Of a stretch of DNA of 64,000 bases, positions 1-12,890 are shown piece after piece; within the stretch, counting starts at the first letter, position 1, and every line of letters begins with the position of its first letter. The position numbers and the translations under genes are program-made. The notes beneath the pieces were generated by a model. That model did no database searches, had not been told where the DNA came from, and worked only from the letters and a program-made list of their open reading frames with translations. The DNA comes from Macrostomum lignano (lineage: Eukaryota): NCBI GenBank assembly GCA_002269645.1, contig NIVC01001022.1:62001-126000 (forward strand). Reading direction: 5' to 3'.

Positions 1-441
1 GGCTGAGAGCGTTAAATTGAATTAGTGAGGCCGAGTGCATCCTATTAGACAAGAGTTCGAAGCGAAAAAATGTGCGAGTCCATCAATACTTTGGTGGAAA
101 ATTGAAGTTTACCTGCTTAGCCTAGCCTACTCAGATTACTTCCTGCTAGAGAAACTTCTCAGAGAAAGACTATTGACCCAAAGCTGTTTAAGTGTGTCCA
201 TGTGTCTTAACTAATTAACTAAGCCAGTTTTAACGGTTCAGGGGTCACTGCTCAGTGAAATCGGCTTGCCCAAGACTCTGGGTCCGTGCTAGATTTAATG
301 TAGAGTCTCTGAATCATGTTTGAAGTGCCCCAACTAGCCTACTGAGTTAGTAGAAAGTACCTCAATTAAACAAGAAAAGAAAATTTATAAGTCTAAAAAA
401 ATTATAAACAGAAAAAAATTAACAAGCTAATAAGCACTTAC

Positions 442-3400
442 ATCTGATCCCAACTCGTCAATAGCTGAAACAGTCAAACGGGATAAGGTAAGAAAAACAA
501 AAATAATTAATTAATTTACAAAATCTTAGTTGCAAACACGCGATGCCCATGAGACAATTATTGCGACAGGATAAAATAGCATACAAAAAGCTTATATTGC
601 TACTAACAACCGATTTTGAGTAGAAATATACGAATTTTACTTCTAGTTTTACTCTCAACAATTTAATTCTTTCGCAAATCACGATAATTACATCCCAAAC
701 TTTCTCATTAAAGTCAGTCCATCAAATCAACAAGTCAATCTATCAAATCAACAAGTCAATCTATCAAATCAACAAGTCAATCTATCAAATCAACAAGTCA
801 ATCTATCAGAAATCAACAAGTCAATCTATCAGAAATCAACAAGTCAATCTATCAGAAATCAACAAGTCAATCTATCAGAAATCAACAAGTCAATCTATTA
901 GAAATCAACAAGTCAATCCATCAGAAATCAACAAGTCAATCTATCAAAAATCAACAAGTCAATCTATCAGAAATCAACAAGTCAATCTATCAGAAATCAA
1001 CAAGTCAATCTATCAAATCAACAAGTCAATCTATCAGAAATCAACAAGTCAATCTATCAGAAATCAACAAGTCAATCTATCAGAAATCAACAAGTCAATC
1101 TATCAGAAATCAACAAGTCAATCTATCAGAAATCAACAAGTCAATCTATCAGAAATCAACAAGTCAATCTATCAGAAATCAACAAGTCAATCTATCAGAA
1201 ATCAACAAGTCAATCTATCAGAAATCAACAAGTCAATCTATCAGAAATCAACAAGTCAATCTATCAGAAATCAACAAGTCAATCTATCAGAAATCAACAA
1301 GTCAATCTATCAGAAATCAACAAGTCAATCTATCAGAAATCAACAAGTCAATCTATCAAATCAACAAGTCAATCTATCAGAAATCAACAAGTCAATCTAT
1401 TAAACCTACAATCTAATAGTAAAACAAGCCAATAAGCCACTCACTCTGCGTTGGCGGATTGAAGAAGTTGAAGAACGAATCAGCCTCGACAGTCTTCGTG
1501 ACAGTTCGCTTCTGCCCGCTGCCCCGGTGCTTCTGCACTTTGCGCACCACTTTAACCGTGGCATTTTTGCCAGCCTTCCACAGGATCTCGCAGCCGCTGC
1601 AGCGAACAATCTCGGGGCCCTCATAGTCCCACGGGTGCTCAGGATCCGGCACCATTCTCAAATAATAATGCTTAGTAAGCATACTATTAGAGAAGTATTC
1701 GTTTGGCGAGAAATGAAACTCCAATACGAAACCGCTCTGCTCTCCGCTGAACGTGATCACCTTGATGTCGGTCAGGTGGCGCAGTATCGGCTCGTCTTGA
1801 TCGCGAATCATCTGGCTCAGCAGGTCGACGTTCTTGAGCGCCGTCAGCCAGAACCCCGGCACGCCTGGGCCTGCGGGCTGCTGCAGCTGCTGCTCCGACT
1901 GAGGTGCGTCACCGGCCTGACCTCCGGCTCCGTTGGTCAGAGCCGTCTGGCGAGGGAAGGGGTGATAATGGCTCTAATTGGGATATCTGATTGGGATTTC
2001 TAATTGGGATTTCAAATTGGGATTTCTAATTGGGATTTCTAATTGGGATTTCTAATTGGGATTTCTAATTGGGATTTCTAATTGAGATTTCAAATAGGGA
2101 TTTCTAATTAGGATTTCCAGTTGGGATTTCTAATTGGGATTTCGAATTGAGATTTCAAATTGGGATTTCTAATTAGGATTTCCAATTGGGATTTCTAATT
2201 GGGATTTCTAATTGGGATTTCTAATTGGGATTTCTAATTGAGATTTCAAATTGGGATTTCTAATTAGGATTTCCAGTTGGGATTTCTAATTGGGATTTCG
2301 AATTGAGATTTCAAATTGGGATTTCTAATTAGGATTTCCAATTGGGATTTCTAATTGGGATTTCAAATTGGGATTTCTAGTGAAGATTTCTAATTAGGAT
2401 TTCTAGTTGGGATTTCTAATTTGGATTTCTAATGGGGATTTCCAGTGAGGATTTCTAGCGGGGATTTCTAATTGGGATTTCTAGTGGGGATTTTTAAAGG
2501 GGATTTCCAGTGAGGATTTCTTGTGGTGATTTCTAGTGGGAATTTATAGTGGGGATTGCTAGTGGGGATTGGATTTATAGTGGGGATTTGTAGTGAGGAT
2601 TTTTCTAATGGATCTTCTACTGGGGATTTCTAATTGGGACTTCTAATGGGGATTCCTAGTGGGGATTTCTAATTGGCATTTTTAGGGGGATTTCTAATTG
2701 GGATATCTAATGGAGATTTATAATTAGGATTTCTAATTGGGATATAAAGTGGGGATTTCTAATTAGGATTTCCAATTGGGATTTCAAATTGGGATTTCTA
2801 GTGGGGATTTCCAGTGAAGATTTCTAGCGGGGATTTCTAATTGGGATTTCTAGTGGGGATTGCTAGTGGGAATTTATAGTGGGGATTGCTAGTGGGGATA
2901 TCTAATAGGGATTTTTAATGGATATTCTACTGGGATTTCTAATTGGGACTTCTAATGGGGATTCCTAGTGGGGATTTCTAATTGGCATTTTTAGGGGGAT
3001 TTCTAATTGGGATTTCTAATGGAGATTTCTAATGGGGATTTCTAATGGAGATTTCTAATGGGGATTTCTAATGGAGATTTCTAATGGGGATTTCTGGTGA
3101 AGATCTCTAATTCTAGTAGGGATTTCTAGTGCGAATTTCTAATGGGGATTTCTAATGGAGATTTCTAATGGAGATTTCTAATGGGGATTTCTGGTGAAGA
3201 TCTCTAATGCTGATTTCTAGCAGGGATTTCTAGTGCGGATTTTTAATGAGGATTTCTAGTGGGGATTTCTAGTGGGGATTTCTAATTCGGATTTCTAATA
3301 GGGATTTCTACTGGGAATATGATCGCCCTCACCTTCTCCCTCAGCAGATTTGCCAGTTCAACCTCAGACTCCGTGGTCTCCGGCCAGTCAGCCTCCTCAT

Positions 3401-6400
3401 CAGTTGGCTCAACGCTACCCAGAACAATTTGCTGTCGCCGATTCAACTGCTCGGCAAATCGATCGGCGTAGCGCATCTCCAAATCGTGCAGCTCGCGGTA
3501 GAACTCGGACTCAATTTCCAGCGAGCGGAACTGCAACTTCTTGAGGGCGCGAACCCGGCGCTTCACCGGCTCCGGCAGCCTGCGGTGCGACATCATTGGT
3601 TGGGGGCGATTTTTATGGGGATTAATTTGAGAGGCGATTTTTTGGGGATTAATTTGAGAGGCGATTTTTTAGGGATTAATTTGAGAGAAGATTTTTTGGG
3701 GATTAATTTAAGAGGCAATTTTTATGGGGATTAATTCAAGGGGCGATTTTCATAGGAATTAATTTGAGAGGCGACTTTTATGGAGATTAATTCGAGGGGC
3801 GATTTTTATGGGGATTAATTTGAGGGGCGTTTTTATGGGGATTAATTTGAGAGGCGATTTTTATGGGGATTAATTTGAGAGGCGATTGTTATGGGGATTA
3901 ATTTGAGATGCGATTTTTATACGGATTAATTTGAGAGGCGATTTTTATGGGGATTAATTTGAGAGGCGATTTTTATGGGGATTAATTTGAGAGGCGATTT
4001 TTATGGGGATTAATTTGAGAGGCGATTTTTATGGGGATTAATGTGAGAGGCGATTTTTTGAGGGATTAATTTGAGGGGCGATTTTAATGGGGATTAATTT
4101 GAGAGGCGATTTTTATGGGGATTAATTTGAGATGCGATTTTTATACGGATTAATTTGAGAGGCGATTTTTATGGGGATTAATTTGAGAGGCGATTTTTAT
4201 ACGGATTAATTTGAGAGGCGATTTTTTGAGGGATTAATTTGAGAGGCGATTTTTATGGGGATTAATTTGAGATGCGATTTTTATACGGATTAATTTGAGA
4301 GGCGATTTTTATGGGGATTAATTTGAGAGGCGACTTTTATGGAGATTAATTCGAGGGGCGATTTTTATGGGGATTAATTTGAGGGGCGTTTTTATGGGGA
4401 TTAATTTGAGAGGCGATTTTTATGGGGATTAATTTGAGAGGCGATTGTTATGGGGATTAATTTGAGATGCGATTTTTATAAGGATAAATTTGAGAGGCGA
4501 TTTTTATGGGGATTAATTTGAGAGGCGATTTTTATGGGGATTAATTTGAGAGGCGATTTTTATGGGGATTAATTTGAGAGGCGATTTTTATGGGGATTAA
4601 TGTGAGAGGCGATTTTTTGAGGGATTAATTTGAGGGGCAATTTTAATGGGGATTAATTTGAGAGGCGATTTTTATGGGGATTAATTTGAGATGCGATTTT
4701 TATACGGATTAATTTGAGAGGCGATTTTTATGGGGATTAATTTGAGAGGCGATTTTTATGGGGATTAATGTGAGAGGCGATTTTTTGAGGGATTAATTTG
4801 AGGGGCGATTTTAATGGGGATTAATTTGAGAGGCGATTTTTATGGGGATTAATTTGAGATGCGATTTTTATACGGATTAATTTGAGAGGCGATTTTTATG
4901 GGGATTAATTTGAGAGGCGATTTTTATGGGGATTAATGTGAGAGGCGATTTTTTGAGGGATTAATTTGAGGGGCGATTTTAATGGGGATTAATTTGAGAG
5001 GCGATTTTTATGGGGATTAATTTGAGATGCGATTTTTATACGGATTAATTTGAGAGGCGATTTTTATGGGGATTAATTTGAGAGGCGATTTTTATGGGGG
5101 TTAATTTGAGAGGCGATTTTTTTGGGGATTAATTTGAGAGGCGATTTTTATGGGGATTAATGTGAGAGGCGATTTTTTGAGGGATTAATTTGAGGGGCGA
5201 TTTTAATGGGGATTAATTTGAAAGGCGATTTTTATGGGGATTAATTTGAGATGCGATTTTTATACGGATTAATTTGAGAGGCGATTTTTATGGGGATTAA
5301 TTTGAGAGGCGATTTTTATGGAGATTAATTTGAGAGGCGATTTTTATGGGGATTAATTTGAGGGGCGATTTTTATGGGATTAATTTGAAAGGCAATTTTT
5401 TAAAAGTTATAAGTTTGAATTGCAAGAGTGTGAGCTGTTTAAGATGCCAAAACACACAACATGTATAACAAAAATATTTTTATGTTTTTTAATAACGAAT
5501 GAAAATGATACAGATAGCAGTCCAGACTAGATTAATACAATAGCATAGAGCAGGGATTATAATAAAAAATCCAGCCCAAGTGATAGATGACGGTTATAAG
5601 ATATCAAGTAAATCAAAAAGGAAGATATAATAAGGATGCGATAATTTTAGAACAGCTCGAATAATATTCTCCCATGGGGAAAGCAGGGCAAGGCAAGATT
5701 AATCCCAAACATCCCAAATATCCGTTTTAGATTTTTTCCCATTTCTTGACTTCCGAAGGCAGAATTCTTAATCCATCAATCATTTTTATTCTTTTTTTCC
5801 TGTGAAAGCCAGCTAGGCGAGGCCATATTTAGAAGGATTATGTTTTAAAAAATTACACAGAGAATTTATGTATCTTTGTCGTTGGAGATTAAAAGTACTT
5901 AGAGAGTCCTCAGAGTGTCACGAGATAAAGGACCCACTGAAATACAGAATGATACGACTGAGATAACCGAGGGCCATATAATGGTCCCAGGTCGCTTCAT
6001 GGAAATAGAAATTTCAAAATCTACACAGTATAATTTTACCAGCAGAAATTTTATATCCCAGAACAGGGGCCGGCAAACTTCGGCCCGCGAAGCCCCTCTA
6101 TCCGGACCAGCTCGAATCTTTTGAAATTTCACAATAGCAATCCGGCCCGCTTGAGATTTGCGTCTCTTCTCAGCTCTCTTCTCTCCTCACTCTCTTCTCT
6201 CATCACTCCCTTCTCTCTTCTCTCCTCACTCTCTTCTCTCTTCTCTTATCATTCTCTTCTCTCTTCTCTCCTCACTCCCTTCTTTCTTCTCTTATTACTC
6301 CCTTCTCTCTTCTCTCCTCACTCTCCTCTCTTCTCTCCTCACTCTCCTCTCTTCTCTCCTCACTCTCTTCTCTCCTCACTCTCCTCTCTTCTCTCCTCAC

Positions 6401-6894
6401 TCTCTTCTCTCCTCACTCTCCTCTCTTCTCTCCTCACTCTCTTCTCTCCTCACTCCCTTCTCTCTTCTCTTCTCACTCCCTTCTCTCTTCTCTTCTCACT
6501 CCTTTCTCTCTTCTCTCCTCACTCCCTTCTCTCTTCTCTCCTCACTCCTTTCTCTCTTCTCTCCTCACTCCCTTCTCTCTTCTCTCCTCACTTACTTCTC
6601 TCTTCTGTCATCACTCCCTTCTTTTTTCTCTCCTCTCCCTACTCCTCTCTTCTCTTATCTCTCCTCTCTCATCCAGCCATGTGCTGGATGCTTTGTTTGT
6701 TTCTCAAGTCAAAAACAATTGCCAAAACTCCTTGCCCAACCAAAAAGCTCATAAGTTCGCGTAATATATGGAAAATACCCAAAACATGCACTTCCTCACA
6801 AAGAACCTTGACATATTTGTGCCTCTTACCTTTGATAACTGCCAAAGGCATCCAGGCGTTTCTCTGCCACCGTGGACTCGTCCGTGTCAGACAT
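442..6894 (-). CDS. NAP1L1: Nucleosome assembly protein 1 (NAP1/SET family), 3' end off-window; exons 6830-6894, 3333-3579, 1445-1946, 442-464
   Basis: Spliced translation MSDTDESTVAEKRLDAFGSYQR|LPEPVKRRVRALKKLQ...EK|TALTNG...GVPGFWLTALKNVDLLSQMI...FVLEFHFSPNEYFSNSMLTKHY...DSFFNFFNPP matches NAP-domain motifs. All junctions are GT-AG with consistent phase (2,0,1,0). Symbol is family-level. Confidence 0.92.
717..1400. repeat. Tandem array, ~23-bp unit AAATCAACAAGTCAATCTATCAG, in NAP1 intron 3
   Basis: About 30 near-identical units read directly, with some 21-bp variants. Confidence 0.97.
1976..3310. repeat. Tandem array, ~13-bp unit AATTGGGATTTCT, filling NAP1 intron 2
   Basis: Direct periodicity, degenerating towards the right (AGTGGGGATTTCT variants). 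Confidence 0.96.
3615..5395. repeat. Tandem array, 27-28-bp unit GGGGATTAATTTGAGAGGCGATTTTTAT, in NAP1 intron 1
   Basis: Direct periodicity with recurring variant units (ACGGATT, TGTGAGAGG). Confidence 0.97.
6064..6150 (+). mobile_element. hAT/Charlie-type terminal sequence (MER58/MER30-like end)
   Basis: CAGGGGCCGGCAAACTTCGGCCCGCG...TCCGGCCCGC resembles recalled Charlie-family ends (CAGGGGTCGGCAAACTACGGCCCGCGGGCC...TCCGGCCC). A possible partner end GACCCCTG lies at 7049-7056. Confidence 0.6.
6163..6670. repeat. CT-rich low-complexity array (TCTCTTCTCTCCTCAC-like) in NAP1 intron 1
   Basis: Polypyrimidine periodic tract; explains the S/L/F-rich ORFs at 6121 and 6158. Confidence 0.93.
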
Positions 6895-7310
6895 TTTAAC
6901 AGATCAAAATTTGCTTACTACAGCTTTACAGCTCGGCTTGGGGTCGTTGAATTTCTATGCAATATAAGCACCACACACTTGCAAGAATATGCATGCGAAG
7001 GCACTCATATATATATAGCAACTCCACTCTCTCCAACTTGAGAAGTCAGACCCCTGTCCCAAGATTCGGGAGAATCACCCCTCATACATACAGCCAGGCT
7101 TAGTTTCAATAAAAAACAGCCGCCGTAGTCATGGAGACCACTGAAACAGGATCTGGATAGTGGAAAGCCTTCTGCTCAACATTTGAATACCTGTGGTCAG
7201 TCAAGCATTTCAAAATCAAATAAAATACTCCAGCATCTCTACCCGACCATTGAAAGTTGCAGAAATCCTGGTTTTCAAGGAAAGTCTTGACATCTCAAAA
7301 ATCCCAATAA

Positions 7311-7536
7311 TCTGAAGGCTGCGTACGGCTGTTCAGTCCAAGGACTGGGGGGCCACCACACACACAGCCTCAATTACCCCAGGTGATGCTGACACCCATT
7401 TTACAGCTGGGTGAACTGAAGCAATGCAGAGTTAAAGTGTCTTGCTCAAGGACACAGATTGTTCCGATTAGTTAGAGAATCGAACCACCGACCTTTCAGT
7501 CGTGAGTTCGACGCTTAAACCACTTGGCTACAACCC
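7311..7536 (-). mobile_element. tRNA-derived SINE with CORE-like domain, copy 1
   Basis: Minus strand: A box TAGCCAAGTGG, B box GGTTCGATTCT, then GTGTCCTTGAGCAAGACACTTTAACTCTGCATTGCTTCAGTTCACCCAGCTGTAAAATGGG. Paralogous copies at 8901 and 44561. Confidence 0.85.
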
Positions 7537-8900
7537 ACTTGAAAATGAAAATTTAAGTTTAAAAGATTTAATCATAAATTCGGGTGTTTAGGGGAAATAC
7601 TCCAAAGTCCAGACCATGCGTTTCCCCTCGGTCTCTTTGGCTCAACTTTGCTCAAGCCCCACCCCACCTCCCGCCGCCTGCAAACGTCAGATACGCCAGC
7701 TAGGCAAGGGTGACTCTGTTCAGCTGTGACGCGGTTAGAAAACTTTTCTTCGGGATTCCAGGTGGTCTCAAACTCTTCACCCTAGGACTGGATAGAAAGA
7801 AAATCGAACCTTCAAGTCCGACTGATTATTCTCTTTCCTTCCTAAATTCCCATGAGTCACCAAGTGCGAGAGTGTGACGAAGCGCTTTCTAAAAAAAGTT
7901 TCAAAATCGATTTAGTTTACAAAATTTTTGAATCAAATAGCTAGGCAACGACAGCACTACGTATGCAAGCGCATGCATTGCTGTATGGGTGGCGCGGGGG
8001 AGTTGCTAGAAGGTGACAGCCGGTATGTCGTGGAATCAACGTAGCCGTGAAAATAAAGTCCGAAAATTAGCCTGCAATGCTTAGTAAATCTTAATTAAGA
8101 GATTTACCCGATTAAAATGTTTCACTTGTAGGTTTTCATTTCTATATACATACAGGGATACATCTGTGAACTACTAATTCATGCATATGTTATGTCGCTT
8201 TGTCCCATAAATCTTTTTATTAGGACTTAAGACATACTGTGGCTTATTCGATCTAAGCTACTAGTTTATTACTCAAACATGACAGATTAAATAAATGAGA
8301 CAAGATTCAAAGATTATTGAGTTGTTGTAAAACAAAAGATGGTTTTTAGTATCGAATTTCCCTGTTAGCTGCTGTCGGACTAGACTCTGGACTATTGAGG
8401 CATGATTCTTCAGTCCTCTTTGTGCAACTTAAATTCCTATTTCATGAACTCCCTCTTTAGCTCAAAATTTGCTAAGCGTATGGAAGAAGAAGCGCATGCT
8501 TCCCTGATCTGAGTTGAAATGTATGTAGCGCTTCAGCATTTTCCAGGCCATTTCCTTTCTAGATTTGATGGATAAGAAATGCATACTTCTCTGAGAGCCC
8601 AACTGCTCTTTAATTATAGTGAATCCCGCAAAGCTCTAACAAGCCTAACTACTGACACTTTCACACCGGAAACTACTATTAGTAGCGTAAATGCAAATTT
8701 CTGTTACGTGCTAAGCTATGCCTTTCTACACATTCAACTGATGAAAGAGAATGAATCAGTAGAAATCTGTATAGATCAAGAATCTTTCTTTCAAAAATAA
8801 AAACCAAATTCTAACCTTCAATCTCAAGAAAATCATTCTTAAATTAACTATTTACTATTCAACCATTTTCACCAATAAAGGCCAACTATGAAGGCAAGAG

Positions 8901-9203
8901 TGTTATTATTACACCTGCCCCAATGGGCAGATGTGCAACCGACAGCTCAGTCGCAGCTATTGCCCGGCGCATCTGAAGGCTGCGAACGGCTGTTCAGTCC
9001 AATGACATTGGGGGTCGCCATCGCCACACACACCCTCAATTACACCAGCTAATGCTGGCACCCATTTTACAGCTGGGTGAACTGAAGCAATGCAGGGTTA
9101 AGTATCTTGCTCAAGGACACAGTTGTTCCCAACCAGGTCGAGATTCGAACCTCTTACCTTTCAGTCGTAAGCCCAAGGCTCTAACCACTAGGCTCCTACT
9201 CCC
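8901..9203 (-). mobile_element. tRNA-derived SINE with CORE-like domain, copy 2 (longer 3' tail)
   Basis: A box-like GAGCCTAGTGG, B box GGTTCGAATCT, the same core block as copy 1, and a tail ...GCACATCTGCCC... ending in TAATAATAAC. Confidence 0.85.
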
Positions 9204-12200
9204 AAGGCTACCCAAGGCCCAATGATAAACTATATTTATTCACTCCATACTTAACTGATTTAATTTATAGACCTAGCGAGTTAACACCCTTAAGAAAAAT
9301 AAAAAATCAATATAAAACTCACTGTTTATAGTTGGCCATGGCTTGCAATTTTGAATCGAATGGCAGCTCCTTCTGGTATTGAGCCAGCACACTTGGATCA
9401 TTTAGCAGAGCATCAACAATATTTTCACCTGACGAAGAAAAATTTGAAAATTTGTTTCAGCTAGCCAGAACCATGTTACTAAATAAACAATTATTTATAA
9501 ATAATAAATTACAAAGATATTATCTTACCATCCTGAGCTGTAGAATTATCCTCAATGTGACCTGACATTGTGATCTACTTGAAGATTATATTTTCTATTT
9601 AGATTATCATGAATGTTTTCAGAAATAGTTAATAATACTACTACTTAGAAAGTAATGCACAGAAAAATTAATAATTATATACATTTATAGTTTACAAAGG
9701 TATGTCTATATGTGTGCCTATTATTATACTAGAAATAATAAAGATAGATATTATTTTTTATTGAATTGAATTGATTCAATTGAACTAATTGAAAATATAA
9801 CTGATATCTGAAAAGTGGAAAAATATAAAGAAATACTACTATTAACTATATGCAAAATTTTAGCAATAGTGCATTAAGTATATCAAAATATTCAACATTT
9901 TTATATTATAATTTATACATGAAGCCTCCAAATAAGACTATTTACTATGCTTGTATTTACTTGACAATTTACAATATTATTTATTATATGCATGGTAATA
10001 TTTTTTTACTATCTAAATATTCATTCAATTATAATATATGTATAAATGTATAAATAAAATGAATAAATGTAAAAATATATATATATCATTCTATATCTTT
10101 TATATCTTTTATATATCATAATAAAAATAAATAAAATATCATTCTATAAGATTATGAACTATATGCTATATGTGCACTTATTTGGAATTTAATTACATTA
10201 TAATATATACATACTTATTTATGGTAAATGAATAATATTACTTATATAAATATAAGTAAAATATACATAATATAGATATCATATATGTCCCATTTATACT
10301 ATATAGTCTAAAGTTAAAATTATATATTATAAATATAGACAATTTTGGTATTCTTTTGTCTTACAATATCTATAGCCCAATTGATTACTTGCATCAATTT
10401 CATTATATAAGACCCAATGCTCAATAAAAAAGTAATTGAAATTGAAATTGAAACAAATGAGCAAATTGCAAAAATCTTCATTTTAGCATACTAGAGCACA
10501 ATGCCTATATTCACTTTTATTCTAGGGTTTTTTCCTCAAAATTGTTATGCCATTTGGCATTGGCATAATGGAATCAAATTTGTTAAGCCATTTTCAATTT
10601 TGACATGCCATTGGCAGCATTGCCATTGGCATAAAATGTAAAATAGCACTTTATGAGCCTAGCCCATATTAGTGTTTCATTTTAGGTTTAGATAGGAATG
10701 ATAATAGCTTGCCAGATTGGCAAATTTAAAAGCAAAACTGTAATTTAGAATTGGGGATTCAGCATTGGCAATTTGGTAATGGCATAGGCCTAATGGCAAA
10801 AATTATTGTGCGATTTTGGCATAATAGCATCAAAATCATTATGCCATTTTTAATTTTGACATGTCATGGCTTGCCTATAACACAAAAAAATGCAGCTTTT
10901 ATTATATGATACCCTTAATGGAAAATTTGTTAACAATGAATTATAAAATGAAACTAAAAGTAAGGGGGAGATAAAAATGAGGGAGAATAATAAGAATAGC
11001 CATGCAAAAATCCTAAAATTGTAGCTTACTAGAGCATAATCAAGGAGGAGGTTTTCACAAAATCAAAATTTCACAAGCAAAACAAGCAAAACAATCACTA
11101 CCCAAAATAAAAACTTATAGTACTAGATATTTTGCTATATCAATAGTTAGAAATTAGGATGATGCTATTTTAAAGGAAATTTTCTCATAGGCCTACATTA
11201 GTATAAATGGATTTCTAACTCTAACTTCTAGTACTAAAAGCACAAGGAATAGGATAACTTTACAAAATTCATATTATATAATATTCTAAAGCCAGCCTAG
11301 CCTACTAAGTGTGCCAGCTTCTTTCACTTTCAGTGCAAAGGGTGAATGGTATCGATTAGGTGGGCCATCTCTTGGCACAGACTACAAAAAGGTTTTTCCC
11401 GCAATGTATCATCGTGATAGATATCATCTGACATCCATAGCATACTAATTATTGTCTAGTGAAAATAATTTTAAGTTTTGGCATTGGCCATTGACTACTG
11501 TCTACTCAGTCAAAGTATTAAGTAAGTCCTTGACTTTTGGTTTATAAGATGCACAAGAATACACATTTGCAACACTAAGTTGTAAAACTTTTGTTCTTAA
11601 GGACACTTGAAAAAAAATTCAAACCATAACAAGCTACAGCTTTACTTAAAAAAAGTAGACTCACTCAAGCCCCTTCAAGCCTTCAAGTTTCGATTTGATT
11701 TGATTTTCAAATGGTTTCTTCGAAATAGAACAATTTGTATTAGTACATGTATATTGTGCTCTAATGTTGAAACAAAATTTATCATTGTAGAAACTAGCTT
11801 TTGCAAATTAATAATATTTAAACAATTAACAAACTTTATTTATTTTTATTGCATTTCATATTCGTGAAATAAACCAAAATAGCCTAGTGATTTAAGTTCT
11901 CAGTCTATGGTGAATATGAACTCTGAGCTGGGCTCTTTGCAAACGCACTAAACTGAACGGATTAAAAACCAAATAGAAAACAAGACGTTTAAACTGTTCT
12001 AAGCAGTTCTGCAACATAATTTCAAAGGACATGGAGCATACATATGTACCTGAAAATTATAGTATCCTACTTCTAATTCTTAAGAAAATTCGTAAAAGTA
12101 CATGTAAAATTCTGCAGCCTATCAGGATTGGTCTCTGGGCCATAAGGCGAAGCCAAGGCCTAGAAGCGCAGTCTGAAGTCGTTCTAGGCCATAGACAACG

Positions 12201-12356
12201 AAATCAAGTGGGGATTATAATATTTAATTGCCGCAGCCAGCGGGAGGAAATGCGACTAAAGCCTCGGCCATAGACTATTGGCTATAAAGCTTTATAAAGC
12301 CGAATATTCTGTATAAGATTAGAAAAGCTTCAGTTGTGTGTAGCTTGGTACCGAAT

Positions 12357-12890
12357 ATGGGTGACATCTCTGCTGCTGTCGTTGTTGAAGCCCCGGATAT
12401 GGATATTTCGCCGGACCTACTGGATTTCATCCTGAAGCCCAGGGGATAACACGCTGGACCTATTGAAGCCGCTCTCACTGGCCGGTTCGAGCAATTTTCG
12501 GAGAATGAAATTGCCAGCCACATTGAAGAGACCGTGCCGAAGACCACCAAGAAAAAGGCGCGCAGTGGGCCTTTTCCGTCTTCTGTGAGTGGCATGACGA
12601 GGAGAAGCGTGCCTGGGCGATGGGTGAAGGCCCGTCACTTATGGTTCTCATTGAGCTAGAGGATACTAGCAAATGTGACCTGAATTACCTGCTGAAATTT
12701 TTTGTTATGGAGGCCTGGAACAAAGATTCCTGCGTCCTACTCTGCGTCAACGCTGAAGGATCTGTATTCAATGCTACACGCCTACAGTAGGCCTTATCAC
12801 TGGCAAACACATTCAAGAAGAATTGCAGCTTCTGGCTTGACAAAGAGTTTGCCAACAGTAAACGACAGTATAACAGCATCTTTGTGTTTC
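12357..12890 (+). pseudogene. Degenerate Crypton-like (tyrosine-recombinase transposon, DUF3504/KCTD1-ZMYM-like N-terminal region) fragment
   Basis: Stitched across 1 stop and ~3 frameshifts: RFEQFSENEIASHIEETVPKTTKKKA/QWAFSVFCEW...CDLNYLLKFFVMEA.NKD/YSASTLKDLYSMLHAY/..NCSFWLDKEFANSK. This fits the P-K-x-T..W...F..W / L...L..F..E.R..DG..Y...TL pattern of CryptonA proteins. The catalytic domain is not seen. Confidence 0.7.

Noticed and set aside
3580-3596. ATG at 3596 as the NAP1 start
   Set aside because: A CAG acceptor at 3580 and a phase-matched ATG exon at 6830-6894 explain the sequence better.
6121-7041. 306-aa and 198-aa S/L/F-rich ORFs
   Set aside because: Translations of a CT-rich intronic tract, antisense to NAP1.
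10540-10880. Degenerate direct and inverted GCCATT/AATGGC-rich repeats
   Set aside because: Too decayed to define termini; probably an old repeat.
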